From positions 3,072,001 through 3,136,000 of the forward strand of contig CAWKMU010000003.1 in the NCBI GenBank assembly GCA_963850905.1: DNA of 64,000 bases, written 5' to 3'. Shown here in pieces: positions 1 through 10,222 of the stretch (position 1 is its first letter; each line of letters begins with the position of its first letter). Position numbers and translations under genes: made by a program. This DNA is from an uncultured Gemmatimonadales bacterium (lineage in GTDB: Bacteria; Gemmatimonadota; Gemmatimonadetes; Gemmatimonadales; Gemmatimonadaceae). The notes beneath the pieces were generated by a model. It saw nothing but the letters and a program-made list of their open reading frames with translations, was not told the origin of the DNA and did no database searches.

Positions 1-1
1 G

Positions 2-607
2 CAGGAGCCTTACGAGTACTGGATCGAGAGTACGATCTCCAGCCACCATGAGTACCAGCCAGAGCGCGACGCGGAAGACGTGGACACACTGGTCTTCCGT
101 AGCGATATCCGACATGCCTACCGGCCGGGTGACATCATCGATCCGCGGCTGATCGGCCGACGGCTGAGCGGGCGTGAAGAGAGAAACGTCGACTATATCT
201 ACCTGCCTGAATTGGAGGACCTGGTAGAACCGAGCTTCATGTCGCACCACTGCTTCACATTCGGCGGAGTCGATACCGTGGCGGGGCAGCCCGAGCTCAG
301 GATCGACTTTCGACCGCTCGACAAGATGCGGTCCGCGGACGCCGAGGGCTCTTTCTTTCTCGACCCGAGTCGCTTCGTCGCCAAACGAGCCATCCTGCGG
401 ATGACGAAAGGCGACCATGAAGTGCCGCCTATCTGGCACCTCGAGGCACTCATCTGGTATCGGGAGATTGCCCCCCTCATCGTGGTTGAGGACTCGGCGC
501 GCTTCACCCTCGTGGGCGGCTCGGCGTTGAGCGGTGGAGAAGTCACTCAGATCGAGCAGCAGCGCGTCATCCAGTACCATCCACGGCGCTCGACGAGCGC
601 ACGGTAG
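2..607 (+). CDS. Hypothetical protein, C-terminal part (5' truncated by window edge)
   Basis: Frame open from position 2 to TAG at 605-607; no family recognised. Confidence 0.7.
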   Translation, partial: QEPYEYWIESTISSHHEYQPERDAEDVDTLVFRSDIRHAYRPGDIIDPRLIGRRLSGREERNVDYIYLPELEDLVEPSFMSHHCFTFGGVDTVAGQPELRIDFRPLDKMRSADAEGSFFLDPSRFVAKRAILRMTKGDHEVPPIWHLEALIWYREIAPLIVVEDSARFTLVGGSALSGGEVTQIEQQRVIQYHPRRSTSAR

Positions 608-678
608 CGGTCGTCCGGCGCGGATCGCGGCGACGACGGGTACCGGACGGGCGGTCAGACCCGCATATTTACCGCCGG

Positions 679-1298
679 ATGCGATCGGCGCCGAACACAA
701 CCGCGACAACACTCCTCGACTCGCGTGCCATGGACCGCACGCTCCGACGGATGGCCGATGAGATCGTCGAGCTGAACGACGGCACCGACGACCTGATGAT
801 CATTGGAATCCAGCGCCGAGGGGTGCAGCTCGCAGACCGAATCGCCCGCCTCATCGAGGAGCGGGAAGGGGTGGCCCCTCGCCGCGGCGCGCTCGACATC
901 ACGCTATACCGTGATGACCTCCAGACCGTCGGCCCACGACCGGTCGTCGGCCCGACTGACATTCCATGGGACATGGATGGCGCCCGTGTAGTGATCGTCG
1001 ATGACGTGCTGTACACGGGGCGCACCGTCCGGGCCGCGCTCGACGAGCTGGCGGACTTCGGCCGTCCAGCTCGAATCGCGCTCGCCGTCTTGATCGATCG
1101 CGGGGGCCGCGAGCTGCCGATCCATGCCGACGTCGTCGGCAAGCGCGTCGACTTGCGACCGGATCAGCGGGTCGACGTGCTCGTCAACGAGCTCGATGGG
1201 CGCGATGCCGTCATCGTCGTGCCAAAGAAGCGCCGTCCGCGGGCAGCGCGGCCGATAGCGAACGGGTCGCGAGCCGAAAGGGGGACGCCTCGACGTGA
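679..1298 (+). CDS. pyrR: Pyrimidine regulatory protein / uracil phosphoribosyltransferase PyrR; 3' end uncertain
   Basis: [41 protein letters not shown] motifs; ORF as read runs to 1560 over pyrB, probably an indel near the end. Confidence 0.9.
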
Positions 1299-2259
1299 CC
1301 CATGCGCTCGGCAAGGATCTGCTTGGCCTCGAAGCTTTGTCCCCCGAACAGATCCGGCTCATCCTCGACACCGCCGAGCCATTCAAGGAAATCAGCGAAC
1401 GTGCCATCAAGAAGGTGCCGGCACTTCGTGGCTCGACCATCGTCAATCTGTTCTTCGAGCCGTCCACGCGCACCCGAGTCTCGTTCGAGTTCGCCGAGAA
1501 GCGTCTCTCGGCCGACACTGTCAACGTCGCGGCCTCGGGCTCGAGCGTCTCCAAGGGTGAGACGCTGGTCGACACGGCACGGAATCTCGAGGCGATGCGG
1601 ATCGACATGGTCGTCATGCGGCACGCCTGCGTCGGGCGCGGCACAGTTTCTGGCCGAGCGCATCGAGTCCAATGTGATCAACGCCGGCGACGGGACACAC
1701 GAACATCCCACGCAAGGACTGCTCGACCTGTTGACGCTGCGTGACCGCTTTGGCGATCTTCGCGGGCTTCGCGTGTGTATCGTCGGAGACGTACTACACT
1801 CGCGCGTCGCACGGTCGAATATCTGGGGCCTTCAGAAGATGGGCGCGGAGGTCGCGGTCTGCGGCCCACGATCGCTGCTGCCGAGTGCGATCGAGGAGTT
1901 CGGCGTCACGGTTTTCGACCGCGTCGAAGCGGCGATCGAGTGGGCGCAGGCGCTCAACGTGCTGCGGCTGCAGCTGGAACGCATGACCGCTGGCTATATC
2001 CCTTCTCTACGTGAGTACAACCGGGTCTTCGGTATCACTCGCGAGCGTCTGGCGCGGGCCGGCCACGACGTGCTCGATTCTGCATCCCGGGCCGATGAAT
2101 CGCGGCGTCGAGATCGACTCGGATGTCGCCGACGGCCCCTGCAGCGTGATCCTCAATCAGGTGACAAACGGCGTGGCCATTCGGATGGCCGTGCTCTACC
2201 TCTTGGCGGGTGGGCGCCCTGAGCTCGCCGAGGCGGCCAAGGCCGGGGGCGACCGATGA
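1295..2259 (+). CDS. pyrB: Aspartate carbamoyltransferase catalytic subunit, two apparent frameshifts (~1627, ~2077)
   Basis: [29 protein letters not shown] and [12 protein letters not shown] motifs in three successive frames. Confidence 0.93.
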
Positions 2260-3560
2260 GCCGACCGCTCTTGCTCCAGGGTGGACGGATCATCGATCCG
2301 TCCCAGGGACTCGACATGGTCGGCGACGTCGTGCTGATCGATGGCAAGGTCGATCACGCCGGCGCCCGTGTCGCCGCGCCGGATGCCGCCGAAATCGTCG
2401 ACTGCAGCGGCGCAATCGTGTCGCCCGGATTCATCGACGTGCACTGCCACCTGCGCGAGCCGGGGCGCGAGGATGTCGAAACGATCGCGACCGGCGCTCG
2501 AGCCGCGGCTGCCGGCGGGTTCACCGCGGTCTGCGCAATGCCCAACACGGATCCGGTCACCGACAACCAGGCGGCCGTCGGCTTCGTGATGCGGCAGGGG
2601 TTGGCGGCCGGTGCGGCACGCGTGTACCCGATCGGGGCGATCTCGGTTCGTCAGCAGGGCGAGTCGCTGGCGGAGGTGGGGGAGATGGTCGGAGCCGGGG
2701 CGGTCGCCATCAGCGACGATGGGAAGCCCGTGGTCAGCGCCCATTTGATGCGCACGGCGCTCGAGTACGCCCGCACCTTCGACATCCCCGTTGTCGACCA
2801 CTGCGAGGAACCGACGCTCGCAGCCGGCGGCGCGATGAACGAGGGCCGCGTCAGCGCGCGACTCGGGCTGCGGGGCGTGCCGAGCGAAGCAGAAGAGATC
2901 ATGGTCATCCGCGACATCCTGCTCAGCCGGCGAACTGGCGGCCACGTGCACCTCGCGCACATGAGCACACGCGGATCGGTCGAGCTCATTCGGTGGGGGA
3001 AGGAGCGCGGCATCACGGTGACGGCGGAGGTCTGCCCGCACCATCTCTCCCTGACGGAGGACGCGGTCGAGGGCTACAACACCAACGCGAAGATGAATCC
3101 GCCGCTGCGCACCGCTGCGGACGTCCAGGCTTTGCAGGAGGCGATTCGGGACGGGACCATCGACGTGATCGCCACGGACCATGCCCCACACCACTACGAC
3201 GAGAAGGAGCGGGAGTTCGCGGACGCCCCCAACGGCATCGTCGGACTGGAAACGGCGCTCGCCGTCGTTGTCACGACCCTCGTTGGTGGTGGGTACCTCG
3301 ACTTCGGAGCCTTGATCGAGCGCATGTCGGTCGCCCCGGCCCGCATTTTCCACCTCCCGGGCGGGTCATTGGCCCGCGGGCGTCCGGCGGACGTGACGGT
3401 GTTCGATCCCGAGGCGGACTGGGTCGTCGATCCCTCGAAGTTTCTCTCGAAGGGCCGCAATACGCCGTACGCCGGTCACCGGCTTCGCGGCCGAGCGGTC
3501 TGCACCGTTGTCGGGGGTCGAATCGTCTATCATATTGGCGCTAATCACATTGCCCGATAA
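2256..3560 (+). CDS. pyrC: Dihydroorotase
   Basis: [34 protein letters not shown]; follows pyrB with ATGA overlap. Confidence 0.95.
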   Translation: MSRPLLLQGGRIIDPSQGLDMVGDVVLIDGKVDHAGARVAAPDAAEIVDCSGAIVSPGFIDVHCHLREPGREDVETIATGARAAAAGGFTAVCAMPNTDPVTDNQAAVGFVMRQGLAAGAARVYPIGAISVRQQGESLAEVGEMVGAGAVAISDDGKPVVSAHLMRTALEYARTFDIPVVDHCEEPTLAAGGAMNEGRVSARLGLRGVPSEAEEIMVIRDILLSRRTGGHVHLAHMSTRGSVELIRWGKERGITVTAEVCPHHLSLTEDAVEGYNTNAKMNPPLRTAADVQALQEAIRDGTIDVIATDHAPHHYDEKEREFADAPNGIVGLETALAVVVTTLVGGGYLDFGALIERMSVAPARIFHLPGGSLARGRPADVTVFDPEADWVVDPSKFLSKGRNTPYAGHRLRGRAVCTVVGGRIVYHIGANHIAR

Positions 3561-3575
3561 TGAACGGGCAATGTG
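3546..3575. other. Perfect 11-bp inverted repeat at end of pyrC
   Basis: CACATTGCCCG-ataatgaa-CGGGCAATGTG, no U-tract. Confidence 0.55.
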
Positions 3576-3664
3576 CCCGAAATTGACGATCGACGGGTCA
3601 GGCAGCGGGCACAACGTGCTCCTGGCAGGGAAAAAGGAAAGGGGAGGGACGGACCTGAGGCATC

Positions 3665-3698
3665 GACCGGTAGAGGCGACGCATGCGTCGCCCGTCGT
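3665..3698 (+). repeat. GTAG-type REP-like palindrome, copy 1
   Basis: GACCG-GTAG-AGGCGACGCATGCGTCGCCC-GTCGT; near-identical copies at 57522 and 61584. Confidence 0.8.
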
Positions 3699-3707
3699 GG
3701 GGATTAG

Positions 3708-4808
3708 GTGGCAATGGCTACGCTGACGGCGGACAAACCCAAAGACGCGATCGCGGCCCTCCTCCAGGAGCGTCAGCGGTACGAGCAATGGCTGGCTGCG
3801 CTCGAGTCTCGACGCGCCGTCACGCCGCCCAATGTCTACTCCCGAGTTCGCACCGACTACGAAGGCCGCTTGTCTCGGGTCATCGACGACCTCGGTGGAC
3901 GGACGGCGGAGCTGCAGCAGGTCGTCGACGCGCTCTCGAGCCAGGTCGCGTCCATTCAGGACGAGGAAAGCGCCAAACGCGACCTGCAGGCGGAGGCGGA
4001 GTTGCGAGCGGCCGTTGGGGAGTACTCGCCCGAACAGTGGCGAGAGGTAAGTCAGACCAGCCAGACTGAGTTGGCCCGACTCGCCGGACTGAAAGCCGAT
4101 GCCGCGTCCGAGCTCGCCCAAATCCAGCAGCTCCTGAACATGGCGAGCGCGCGGCGCCCTGGCGGACCACCGGTTTCCGCGTCCGTTGCGGCAGCCACCG
4201 TTGCCCAACCACCAGCGGCCTCTGCACCACGCGTCGCTCGGCCAGGCGAGCCGGTCACCGCCGGACGGGTGGCGCCTCGCGCCGGTGAGCCAACCACGGG
4301 TGCCAGTCGAGCACCCCGGCCTGATCGCGGGAGCGAGGGCGCCACCTTCGACGAACTGGCGTTCCTGCACTCAGTCGTAGAGCCAAAGCCCGCTGCGGCC
4401 GGTCAGGCGACGCGGCTGCCGGGGGAGCCGTCCACGCGCCCGCCGGTCGTCCCGCCCCCACCGGCGCCAATCCCGGCTACGCCGCCGCCGCGACCAGCGA
4501 TTCAGCCAACCGCCACCGCGCCCGCACCTGCGCCTGTGGCGGCGAAGCCAGCCCCAGTTCCCGCCGCCGCCCCAGCAGCTCCTACCGTCACGCCTCCCGA
4601 AACCGCGCTAATCAACGCGGCGCCGACCACCGCGCCGACCAGCGAGAGCCAACGTCGCCGGATCGACGACTCCCACGCAGTCCCCGTCTTCCTTCGCAAT
4701 GTGCCATCGGAGCAGGTCAAGACGCTGAAGTGCGCCGAGTGCGGCACCATGAACTATCCGACCGAATGGTATTGTGAACGCTGCGGAGGCGAGCTGGCGG
4801 CAATGTGA
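3708..4808 (+). CDS. Hypothetical protein: coiled coil, Pro/Ala-rich linker, C-terminal zinc ribbon
   Basis: Heptad-like N-terminal half; CAEC...CERC at C-terminus. Confidence 0.85.
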   Translation: MAMATLTADKPKDAIAALLQERQRYEQWLAALESRRAVTPPNVYSRVRTDYEGRLSRVIDDLGGRTAELQQVVDALSSQVASIQDEESAKRDLQAEAELRAAVGEYSPEQWREVSQTSQTELARLAGLKADAASELAQIQQLLNMASARRPGGPPVSASVAAATVAQPPAASAPRVARPGEPVTAGRVAPRAGEPTTGASRAPRPDRGSEGATFDELAFLHSVVEPKPAAAGQATRLPGEPSTRPPVVPPPPAPIPATPPPRPAIQPTATAPAPAPVAAKPAPVPAAAPAAPTVTPPETALINAAPTTAPTSESQRRRIDDSHAVPVFLRNVPSEQVKTLKCAECGTMNYPTEWYCERCGGELAAM

Positions 4809-4812
4809 GGGG

Positions 4813-4910
4813 CTAGACGCTAGCAGACAAAACCCGAGGGCCAGCTGCAATGCGCCGCAGCTGGCCCTCGGGTTTGTTCTAGCGTCCAGCGTCTAGCGTC
4901 CGGCGTCTAG
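4813..4910. terminator. Probable bidirectional terminator flanked by inverted (GACGCTR)n 7-mer arms
   Basis: 19-bp stem 4830-4848/4857-4875 between convergent genes; right arm CTAGCGT CCAGCGT CTAGCGT CCGGCGT. Confidence 0.8.
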
Positions 4911-5137
4911 ACCTTGGCCATCCTGCTCTTATGTCTCGCGGCCGAATTCCGGTGAATCAGTCCTTTGCGGGCCGCGCGGTCGAGGAGGCGAGTCGCGGCG
5001 AGTCGATCGGCTGTCGACGCGCCGGCGGTCGTGGCTCGCTTGAGCGCGGTTCGAAGGGCGGAGCGTTGGGCCCGGTTCCGGACCGTGGCCGCCCGGGTCT
5101 TGCGCATGTTTTTCTTCGCGGACGCGATGTTCGGCAC
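4907..5137 (-). CDS. rpsT: 30S ribosomal protein S20
   Basis: (M)PNIASAKKNMRK...LDRAARKGLIHRNSAARHKSR; GTG start with GGAG upstream. Confidence 0.95.
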   Translation of the reverse strand: MPNIASAKKNMRKTRAATVRNRAQRSALRTALKRATTAGASTADRLAATRLLDRAARKGLIHRNSAARHKSRMAKV

Positions 5138-5247
5138 GCGGGATCTCCAGTCGGGGTCGAGGCGGGGAAACGGCGCGACAGCCGCCAGCAGCGCCCCGCA
5201 CAAGGCAGAACGGCCGGCCCATCGCGGACCGACCGCTCGCAGGCGAA

Positions 5248-5276
5248 AACGTATCGGCGCCAGGAGCCAATGTCAA
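5248..5276 (-). promoter_or_regulatory. Sigma70-type promoter for rpsT
   Basis: TTGACA-17nt-TACGTT on minus strand. Confidence 0.65.
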
Positions 5277-5290
5277 GGCGCCACATTGCT

Positions 5291-5319
5291 TTGACACGTG
5301 TTGGGGGTGGGGCTACCTT
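5291..5319 (+). promoter_or_regulatory. Sigma70-type promoter for the site-2 protease/scpAB operon
   Basis: TTGACA-17nt-TACCTT, back to back with the rpsT promoter. Confidence 0.65.
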
Positions 5320-5369
5320 CATGGCAGTCGCGCCCTGGTCGGGACCGAGCCACCCTCTGCCCACCCCCG

Positions 5370-6065
5370 TTGGCCCAGCAGCTCCTACTTCTCGCGCCGA
5401 TTCTCCTCTTCTCGATCATCGCGCACGAGATCGCTCACGGCTACGCTGCCTTGTCCCAAGGCGACCCGACCGCCTACAAGAAGGGGCGTCTGACGTGGAA
5501 TCCGATCAAGCACATCGATCCGATCATGTCGGTGATCCTGCCGCTGGCGCTCGCCGCAATGCACGCGCCAGTACTCGCAGGTGCGAAGCCCGTTCCAGTC
5601 GACCCACGAAATTACCGCAACTTCAAGCGGGGTGACATCATCGTGTCGCTCGCTGGCATCGCGGCGAACCTGGTGATCGCGATCGGTTGTACGGTCGCCA
5701 GCTTTCTTCTCGGAGCGCTGGGCAATGCGGTGCCGTCAATCGCACCCGTGTGCGGCATCCTGCAGGCGATGGCGCTCGTAGGTGTGTGGCTCAATCTGGT
5801 CCTCGCCGCCTTCAATCTCTTTCCCATCCCGCCGCTCGACGGTTCGCACGTCGTGAAATATTTGTTGCCGCCGGCGTTGGCGATCCGCTATCAGCAGATC
5901 GGTTTCTTCGGCATCTTCTTGCTCATCTTGCTGCTCAATACGCCGCTGCTCGCATTCTGGCTCGCGCCGGCGATCAACGGCACGCGATGGGTGCTGTCAA
6001 CCGTTGAGACGAGAGACCTGTTGTTGCCATCCGCACTCCCATGGGTGAGAGGATTCTTCACGTGA
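5370..6065 (+). CDS. Site-2 protease family (M50) membrane metalloprotease
   Basis: HEIAH and FNLFPIPPLDG motifs; TTG start chosen because it lies downstream of the promoter. Confidence 0.9.
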   Translation: MAQQLLLLAPILLFSIIAHEIAHGYAALSQGDPTAYKKGRLTWNPIKHIDPIMSVILPLALAAMHAPVLAGAKPVPVDPRNYRNFKRGDIIVSLAGIAANLVIAIGCTVASFLLGALGNAVPSIAPVCGILQAMALVGVWLNLVLAAFNLFPIPPLDGSHVVKYLLPPALAIRYQQIGFFGIFLLILLLNTPLLAFWLAPAINGTRWVLSTVETRDLLLPSALPWVRGFFT

Positions 6066-7006
6066 CGGCCGTCGACGCCATCGACCAGCAACCGGCCTTC
6101 GCGATGCCAGAGCACGACGCGCTCGGTCGGCGAGTGCCGATTGATCCGGGCGGTGCAGACGACGCCGCCAGCTTCGTCGTCGAGCTCACTCACTTCAGCG
6201 GCCCACTCGATCTGCTCCTCACGCTTCTCCGTGAGGAGCAGATCGACATCTACGACATCCCGATCGCGCGCATCGCAGAGCAATTCCTGGTGCGCATCCG
6301 AACGCTGCGACTGGACGAAGCGGCCGAGTATCTGGAGATGGCTGCCCGGCTGTTGCGGATCAAGGCGCAGATGTTGTTGCCGCAACACGGCAGCGAAGAA
6401 GCGTGGGATGATCCGCGTGCGGAGCTGGTGCGTCGCTTGCTCGAGTACCAACAGGTGCGAGAAGTCGTCGACGTGCTCGAAGTCCGCGCAGAGTTGCGTC
6501 GCAGTCGATTCACGCATCCCTGCGCAATGCTGCCCATCGCGCCGCCGCCGCCGGCGCGCCTTGCCGTGACGTTGTTGGAGCTGTTTGCGGCCGTCGATCG
6601 CGTGCTCCGCATCGCGCGCGGCCCGAGCATTCACGCCGTCGTTCCGCGGGCGCTCGACGTCGCTGGCGCGGTCGACGCCGCACGCGCCCTCCTCGCGCGT
6701 CGACCGTCGGTCGGGTGGGCTGACCTCGTCCCGGCACGTGCCGAGGCATGGCAGGTGCTCTCGGTTTTGCTCGCGCTGCTCGAGTTGGCACGACTCGGCG
6801 AGTGTCTGCTCCGTCAACCGATTCCGTTCGGCCCCGTCGAGATTCGGCCTGCCGACCGCGCGTCAAATGCGGGCATTGCCGCGCCGGCTGGCGCCGTCCT
6901 TTCCGCCGACGCTGTCCCCGCGGTCGACGCATCCGACGGCGAAGGCCCCGCGTCGCTCGTCACCCCTTTCGCTACTCCGCATGACACCGCTAGCGCAGCT
7001 GCTTGA
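6062..7006 (+). CDS. scpA: Segregation/condensation protein A
   Basis: FSGPLDLLL, IDIYDIPIARI, AAEYLEMAARLLRIKA, DPRAELVRRLLEY. Confidence 0.92.
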   Translation: MTAVDAIDQQPAFAMPEHDALGRRVPIDPGGADDAASFVVELTHFSGPLDLLLTLLREEQIDIYDIPIARIAEQFLVRIRTLRLDEAAEYLEMAARLLRIKAQMLLPQHGSEEAWDDPRAELVRRLLEYQQVREVVDVLEVRAELRRSRFTHPCAMLPIAPPPPARLAVTLLELFAAVDRVLRIARGPSIHAVVPRALDVAGAVDAARALLARRPSVGWADLVPARAEAWQVLSVLLALLELARLGECLLRQPIPFGPVEIRPADRASNAGIAAPAGAVLSADAVPAVDASDGEGPASLVTPFATPHDTASAAA

Positions 7007-7520
7007 AGCGGCACTCTTTGCGAGCAGCGTGCCTGCATCAATCGAGACGCTGGCCGCGCTCGAACCCGACGCGAGCGTCGAGGAATTGCAGGCCGCGCTC
7101 CAGGAGCTGCGCCACCACTATGACGAGGGCGGACACGGGATCGAGCTCGTCGAGGTCGCGGGCGGCTGGCAACTCCTGACGCGGCCCGAGTACACGACAG
7201 CCATCGAGCGGGCCCAGTTGGCCACCCGCCCGCACCGACTGTCGGCCGCCGCGCTCGAAACGCTGGCTTTGATCGCCTACCGCCAGCCGATCACGCGCGC
7301 CGATATCGAGGAGATTCGCGGCGTATCGGCAGGGTCGATCCTCAAGTCGCTGCTCGAGCGAGGCCTGGTCGACGTCGTCGGAAAAGCGGATGCGCTTGGA
7401 CGTCCCCTGTTGTACGGAACGACACCGACGTTTCTCGAGTAGTTCTCGCTCCGGCATCTCGGGGAGTTGCCACGATCCGATGAGCTGGCCGTGGCGCTGC
7501 GTCCGGCTCCGGAGCCGTGA
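6981..7520 (+). CDS. scpB: SMC-Scp complex subunit ScpB, with in-frame TAG at 7440-7442
   Basis: LSAAALETLALIAYRQPITRADIEEIRGV, GRPLLYGTT; ScpB-like tail (FSLRHLGELP) continues after the TAG to TGA 7518-7520. Confidence 0.9.
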
Positions 7521-8249
7521 CGGGTGAGGCGGTGCGGATCCAACGAGCCCTCGCGCGTGCCGGCATAGGGTCGCGCCGCAAAGCCGATGAGCTCGTGGCG
7601 GCCGGCCGTGTCCGCGTAAATGGGGAGGTCGCGGCAATCGGGCAGACGGTCGACCCCGCCCACGACCGCATCTCGGTCGACGGAGCGGAGATCACACCGC
7701 CCGGCCCCGTGGAGTGGCTGGTACTTCACAAGCCTCCGGGCGTCCTTACCACAGCGCGCGATGAGCGGGCGGCTGGGCGCCGGACCGTTTTCGACCTCGT
7801 CCCGCCGGCACTCCGCCGGCCGGGCCTCACGTATGTTGGCCGTCTGGATTACATGACCGAGGGTGTGCTCCTGTTGACCACGGATGGCGCGGCGGCGCAC
7901 CGATTGACCCACCCGAGCTTCGGGCTGGAGCGGACCTACGTGGCGACGGTACAAGGCAACGCCGTCGCTGCCGCGCGCGCGCTACGCGCCGGCGTCGAGC
8001 TGGAGGATGGCTTGGTGCAGCCGGTTTCGGCGACCGCGCGGCCCGCCGGACAGCGTCGGTGGGAGATCGAGATTACGCTCACCGAGGGCCGGACGCGCGA
8101 GGTGCGCCGCGCGTGTGAGGCGGTCGGGGTGTCACTGGAACGGCTCGTGCGGACGCGCTTCGGCCCGATCGCGCTGGGGCCACTGCCGGTTGGAGCGGTT
8201 CGACCACTGACCAAGCGCGAGATTCACCAACTCGAGGCGGCATCCGTGA
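7517..8249 (+). CDS. rluB: Pseudouridine synthase, RsuA/RluB family with S4 domain; reads in frame into MoxR as assembled
   Basis: RIQRALARAGIGSRRKADEL, HKPPG, VGRLD, EGRTREVRR. Confidence 0.85.
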
Positions 8250-9292
8250 CCGACCGAGCCCTGACAGAGCGCGGTGCGGTCGCCCGAGAGACGGGCGATC
8301 GGCGACTCGCCGGTCCAGCCTCGAGCCCATCCGTCGGTCCGGCCGACGTCGCGCTCGCGCAAGCGGTCACGCGCCAGGTTGCGCGCCGCGTCGTGGGCCA
8401 GGACTACATGGTGGAGCGCCTGTTGATCAGTCTCCTCACGGGCGGACATGTGTTGCTCGAAGGCGTGCCCGGGCTCGCCAAGACACTCACGGTCAGGACG
8501 CTGGCCGAGACCATCCGGACCAGCTTCCAGCGCATTCAGTTTACTCCCGATCTTCTGCCGGCCGACGTCATTGGTACGCAGGTGTACGACCAGTCCAACG
8601 GCCAGTTCTCGGTCAAACGGGGACCGATCTTCGCCAATGTCATCCTGGCTGACGAGATCAACCGCGCGCCGGCCAAGGTGCAGGCCGCTCTGCTCGAGGC
8701 CATGCAGGAGCATCAGGTCACGATCGGGGGTATTACGCATGTGCTGGACGAGCCGTTCCTGGTGCTCGCGACGCAGAACCCCATCGAGCAAGAGGGGACG
8801 TATCCGCTACCCGAAGCTCAGGTCGATCGCTTCATGATGAAGCTGCGGGTCGGCTATCCCACGCGTGAGGAAGAGAAGGAGATCATGCGCCGGATGGCCG
8901 GTGGCGAGACGATTCCCGTCGAGCGGGTAGCTTCTCCCGCCGCGATTCTCGAAGCCCGCCACCGCATCGCGGAGCTGTACATGGACGAGCGCGTCGTCGA
9001 CTACATCGTCGAGATCGTCCACGCTACGCGCTCACCAGGCGACGCGGGCCTGCGCGACCTCGTGCCATTGATCGAGTTTGGTGCGAGCCCTCGGGCGACG
9101 ATCGCGCTCGCGCAGGCGTCGCGAGCCCACGCGTTTCTCAGAGGACGGAATTTCGTCATGCCGGATGACGTCAAAGCCGTCGCACCCGACGTCCTGCGGC
9201 ATCGGATCCTGACCTCGTTCGAGGCTGAAGCGGAATCGGTGACGAGCGACCGGATTGTGCAGCGCGTGCTCGGCGCCGTGGAAAGCCCGTGA
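8246..9292 (+). CDS. MoxR-family AAA+ ATPase
   Basis: GHVLLEGVPGLAKT, RIQFTPDLLPAD, ADEINRAPAKVQ, ATQNPIEQEGTYPLPEAQVDRF. Confidence 0.95.
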   Translation: MTDRALTERGAVARETGDRRLAGPASSPSVGPADVALAQAVTRQVARRVVGQDYMVERLLISLLTGGHVLLEGVPGLAKTLTVRTLAETIRTSFQRIQFTPDLLPADVIGTQVYDQSNGQFSVKRGPIFANVILADEINRAPAKVQAALLEAMQEHQVTIGGITHVLDEPFLVLATQNPIEQEGTYPLPEAQVDRFMMKLRVGYPTREEEKEIMRRMAGGETIPVERVASPAAILEARHRIAELYMDERVVDYIVEIVHATRSPGDAGLRDLVPLIEFGASPRATIALAQASRAHAFLRGRNFVMPDDVKAVAPDVLRHRILTSFEAEAESVTSDRIVQRVLGAVESP

Positions 9293-10209
9293 CCGCCGGC
9301 GCGGCGCCGATCCCCATCGGGGTCTCGGCTGCCGTTCTGCAGCAGGTCAAGCTCATCGAGCTCCAAACTCGTCGTTTGGTCAACTCGCTCTTCATGGGCG
9401 AGTACCGTTCCGTATTCAAGGGGCAGGGGATGGAGTTCGCCGAGGTACGGGAGTACCTGCCCGGCGACGAGGTGCGATCGATCGATTGGAACGTGACCGC
9501 CCGCATGCGGCGGCCGTTCGTGAAGCGATACATCGAGGAACGCGAGCTCACGGTGATGCTCGTGATGGACGTGTCCGGCTCCGAGCAATTCGGCAGCGCG
9601 CGCCGCTTCAAGGGCGAGGTCGCGAGCGAGCTGGCGACGGTGCTCGCGATGTCCGCTGTCCGGAACAACGACCGCGTCGGAACGCTCCTCTTCACCGACC
9701 GCATTGAGCTGGTAGTCCCGCCGCGGAAGGGGCGGCGGCACGCTCTGCGCGTCATCCGCGACTTCCTCGCGTTCCGGCCCACGCATTCGGGTACGGACGT
9801 GTCCGGGGCATTGACGTACTTGACCCACCTGCTCAAGCATCGGACCATCGTCTTCATCGTGTCCGACTTCCAGGCACCGGATTTTGCACGAGCTTTGCGC
9901 GGTATCGCGCAACGGCACGATGTCGTCGCGGTGGCCATCGAGGATCCACTCGAGCGCATGCTGCCCGACGCAGGTATTGTTCGGTTCGCAGATCCCGAGA
10001 CCGGCCAGTTGGTCGACGTCGACACGAGCGCCCGAGCGGTGCGACTCAACTATGAGCGTCGGACGATGCAGGATCGACAAGCGCGGCGACAGCTCTTCCG
10101 GCAATTGGGGATCGACGAGGTCGTCATCAGCACCGATGGTGGCATCGTCGAGCCCTTGCTCAAGTTCTTTCGCAGGCGGGAGACCCGCGCCCGCCGCCGG
10201 ACGGCGTGA
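9289..10209 (+). CDS. DUF58 family protein (MoxR partner)
   Basis: GMEFAEVREYLPGDEVRSIDWNVTAR. Confidence 0.92.
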   Translation: MTAGAAPIPIGVSAAVLQQVKLIELQTRRLVNSLFMGEYRSVFKGQGMEFAEVREYLPGDEVRSIDWNVTARMRRPFVKRYIEERELTVMLVMDVSGSEQFGSARRFKGEVASELATVLAMSAVRNNDRVGTLLFTDRIELVVPPRKGRRHALRVIRDFLAFRPTHSGTDVSGALTYLTHLLKHRTIVFIVSDFQAPDFARALRGIAQRHDVVAVAIEDPLERMLPDAGIVRFADPETGQLVDVDTSARAVRLNYERRTMQDRQARRQLFRQLGIDEVVISTDGGIVEPLLKFFRRRETRARRRTA

Positions 10210-10222
10210 GCTCGGAGGCGAC

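Noticed and set aside
608..678. PyrR-binding attenuator
   Set aside because: No recognisable PyrR loop consensus or terminator in the short gap
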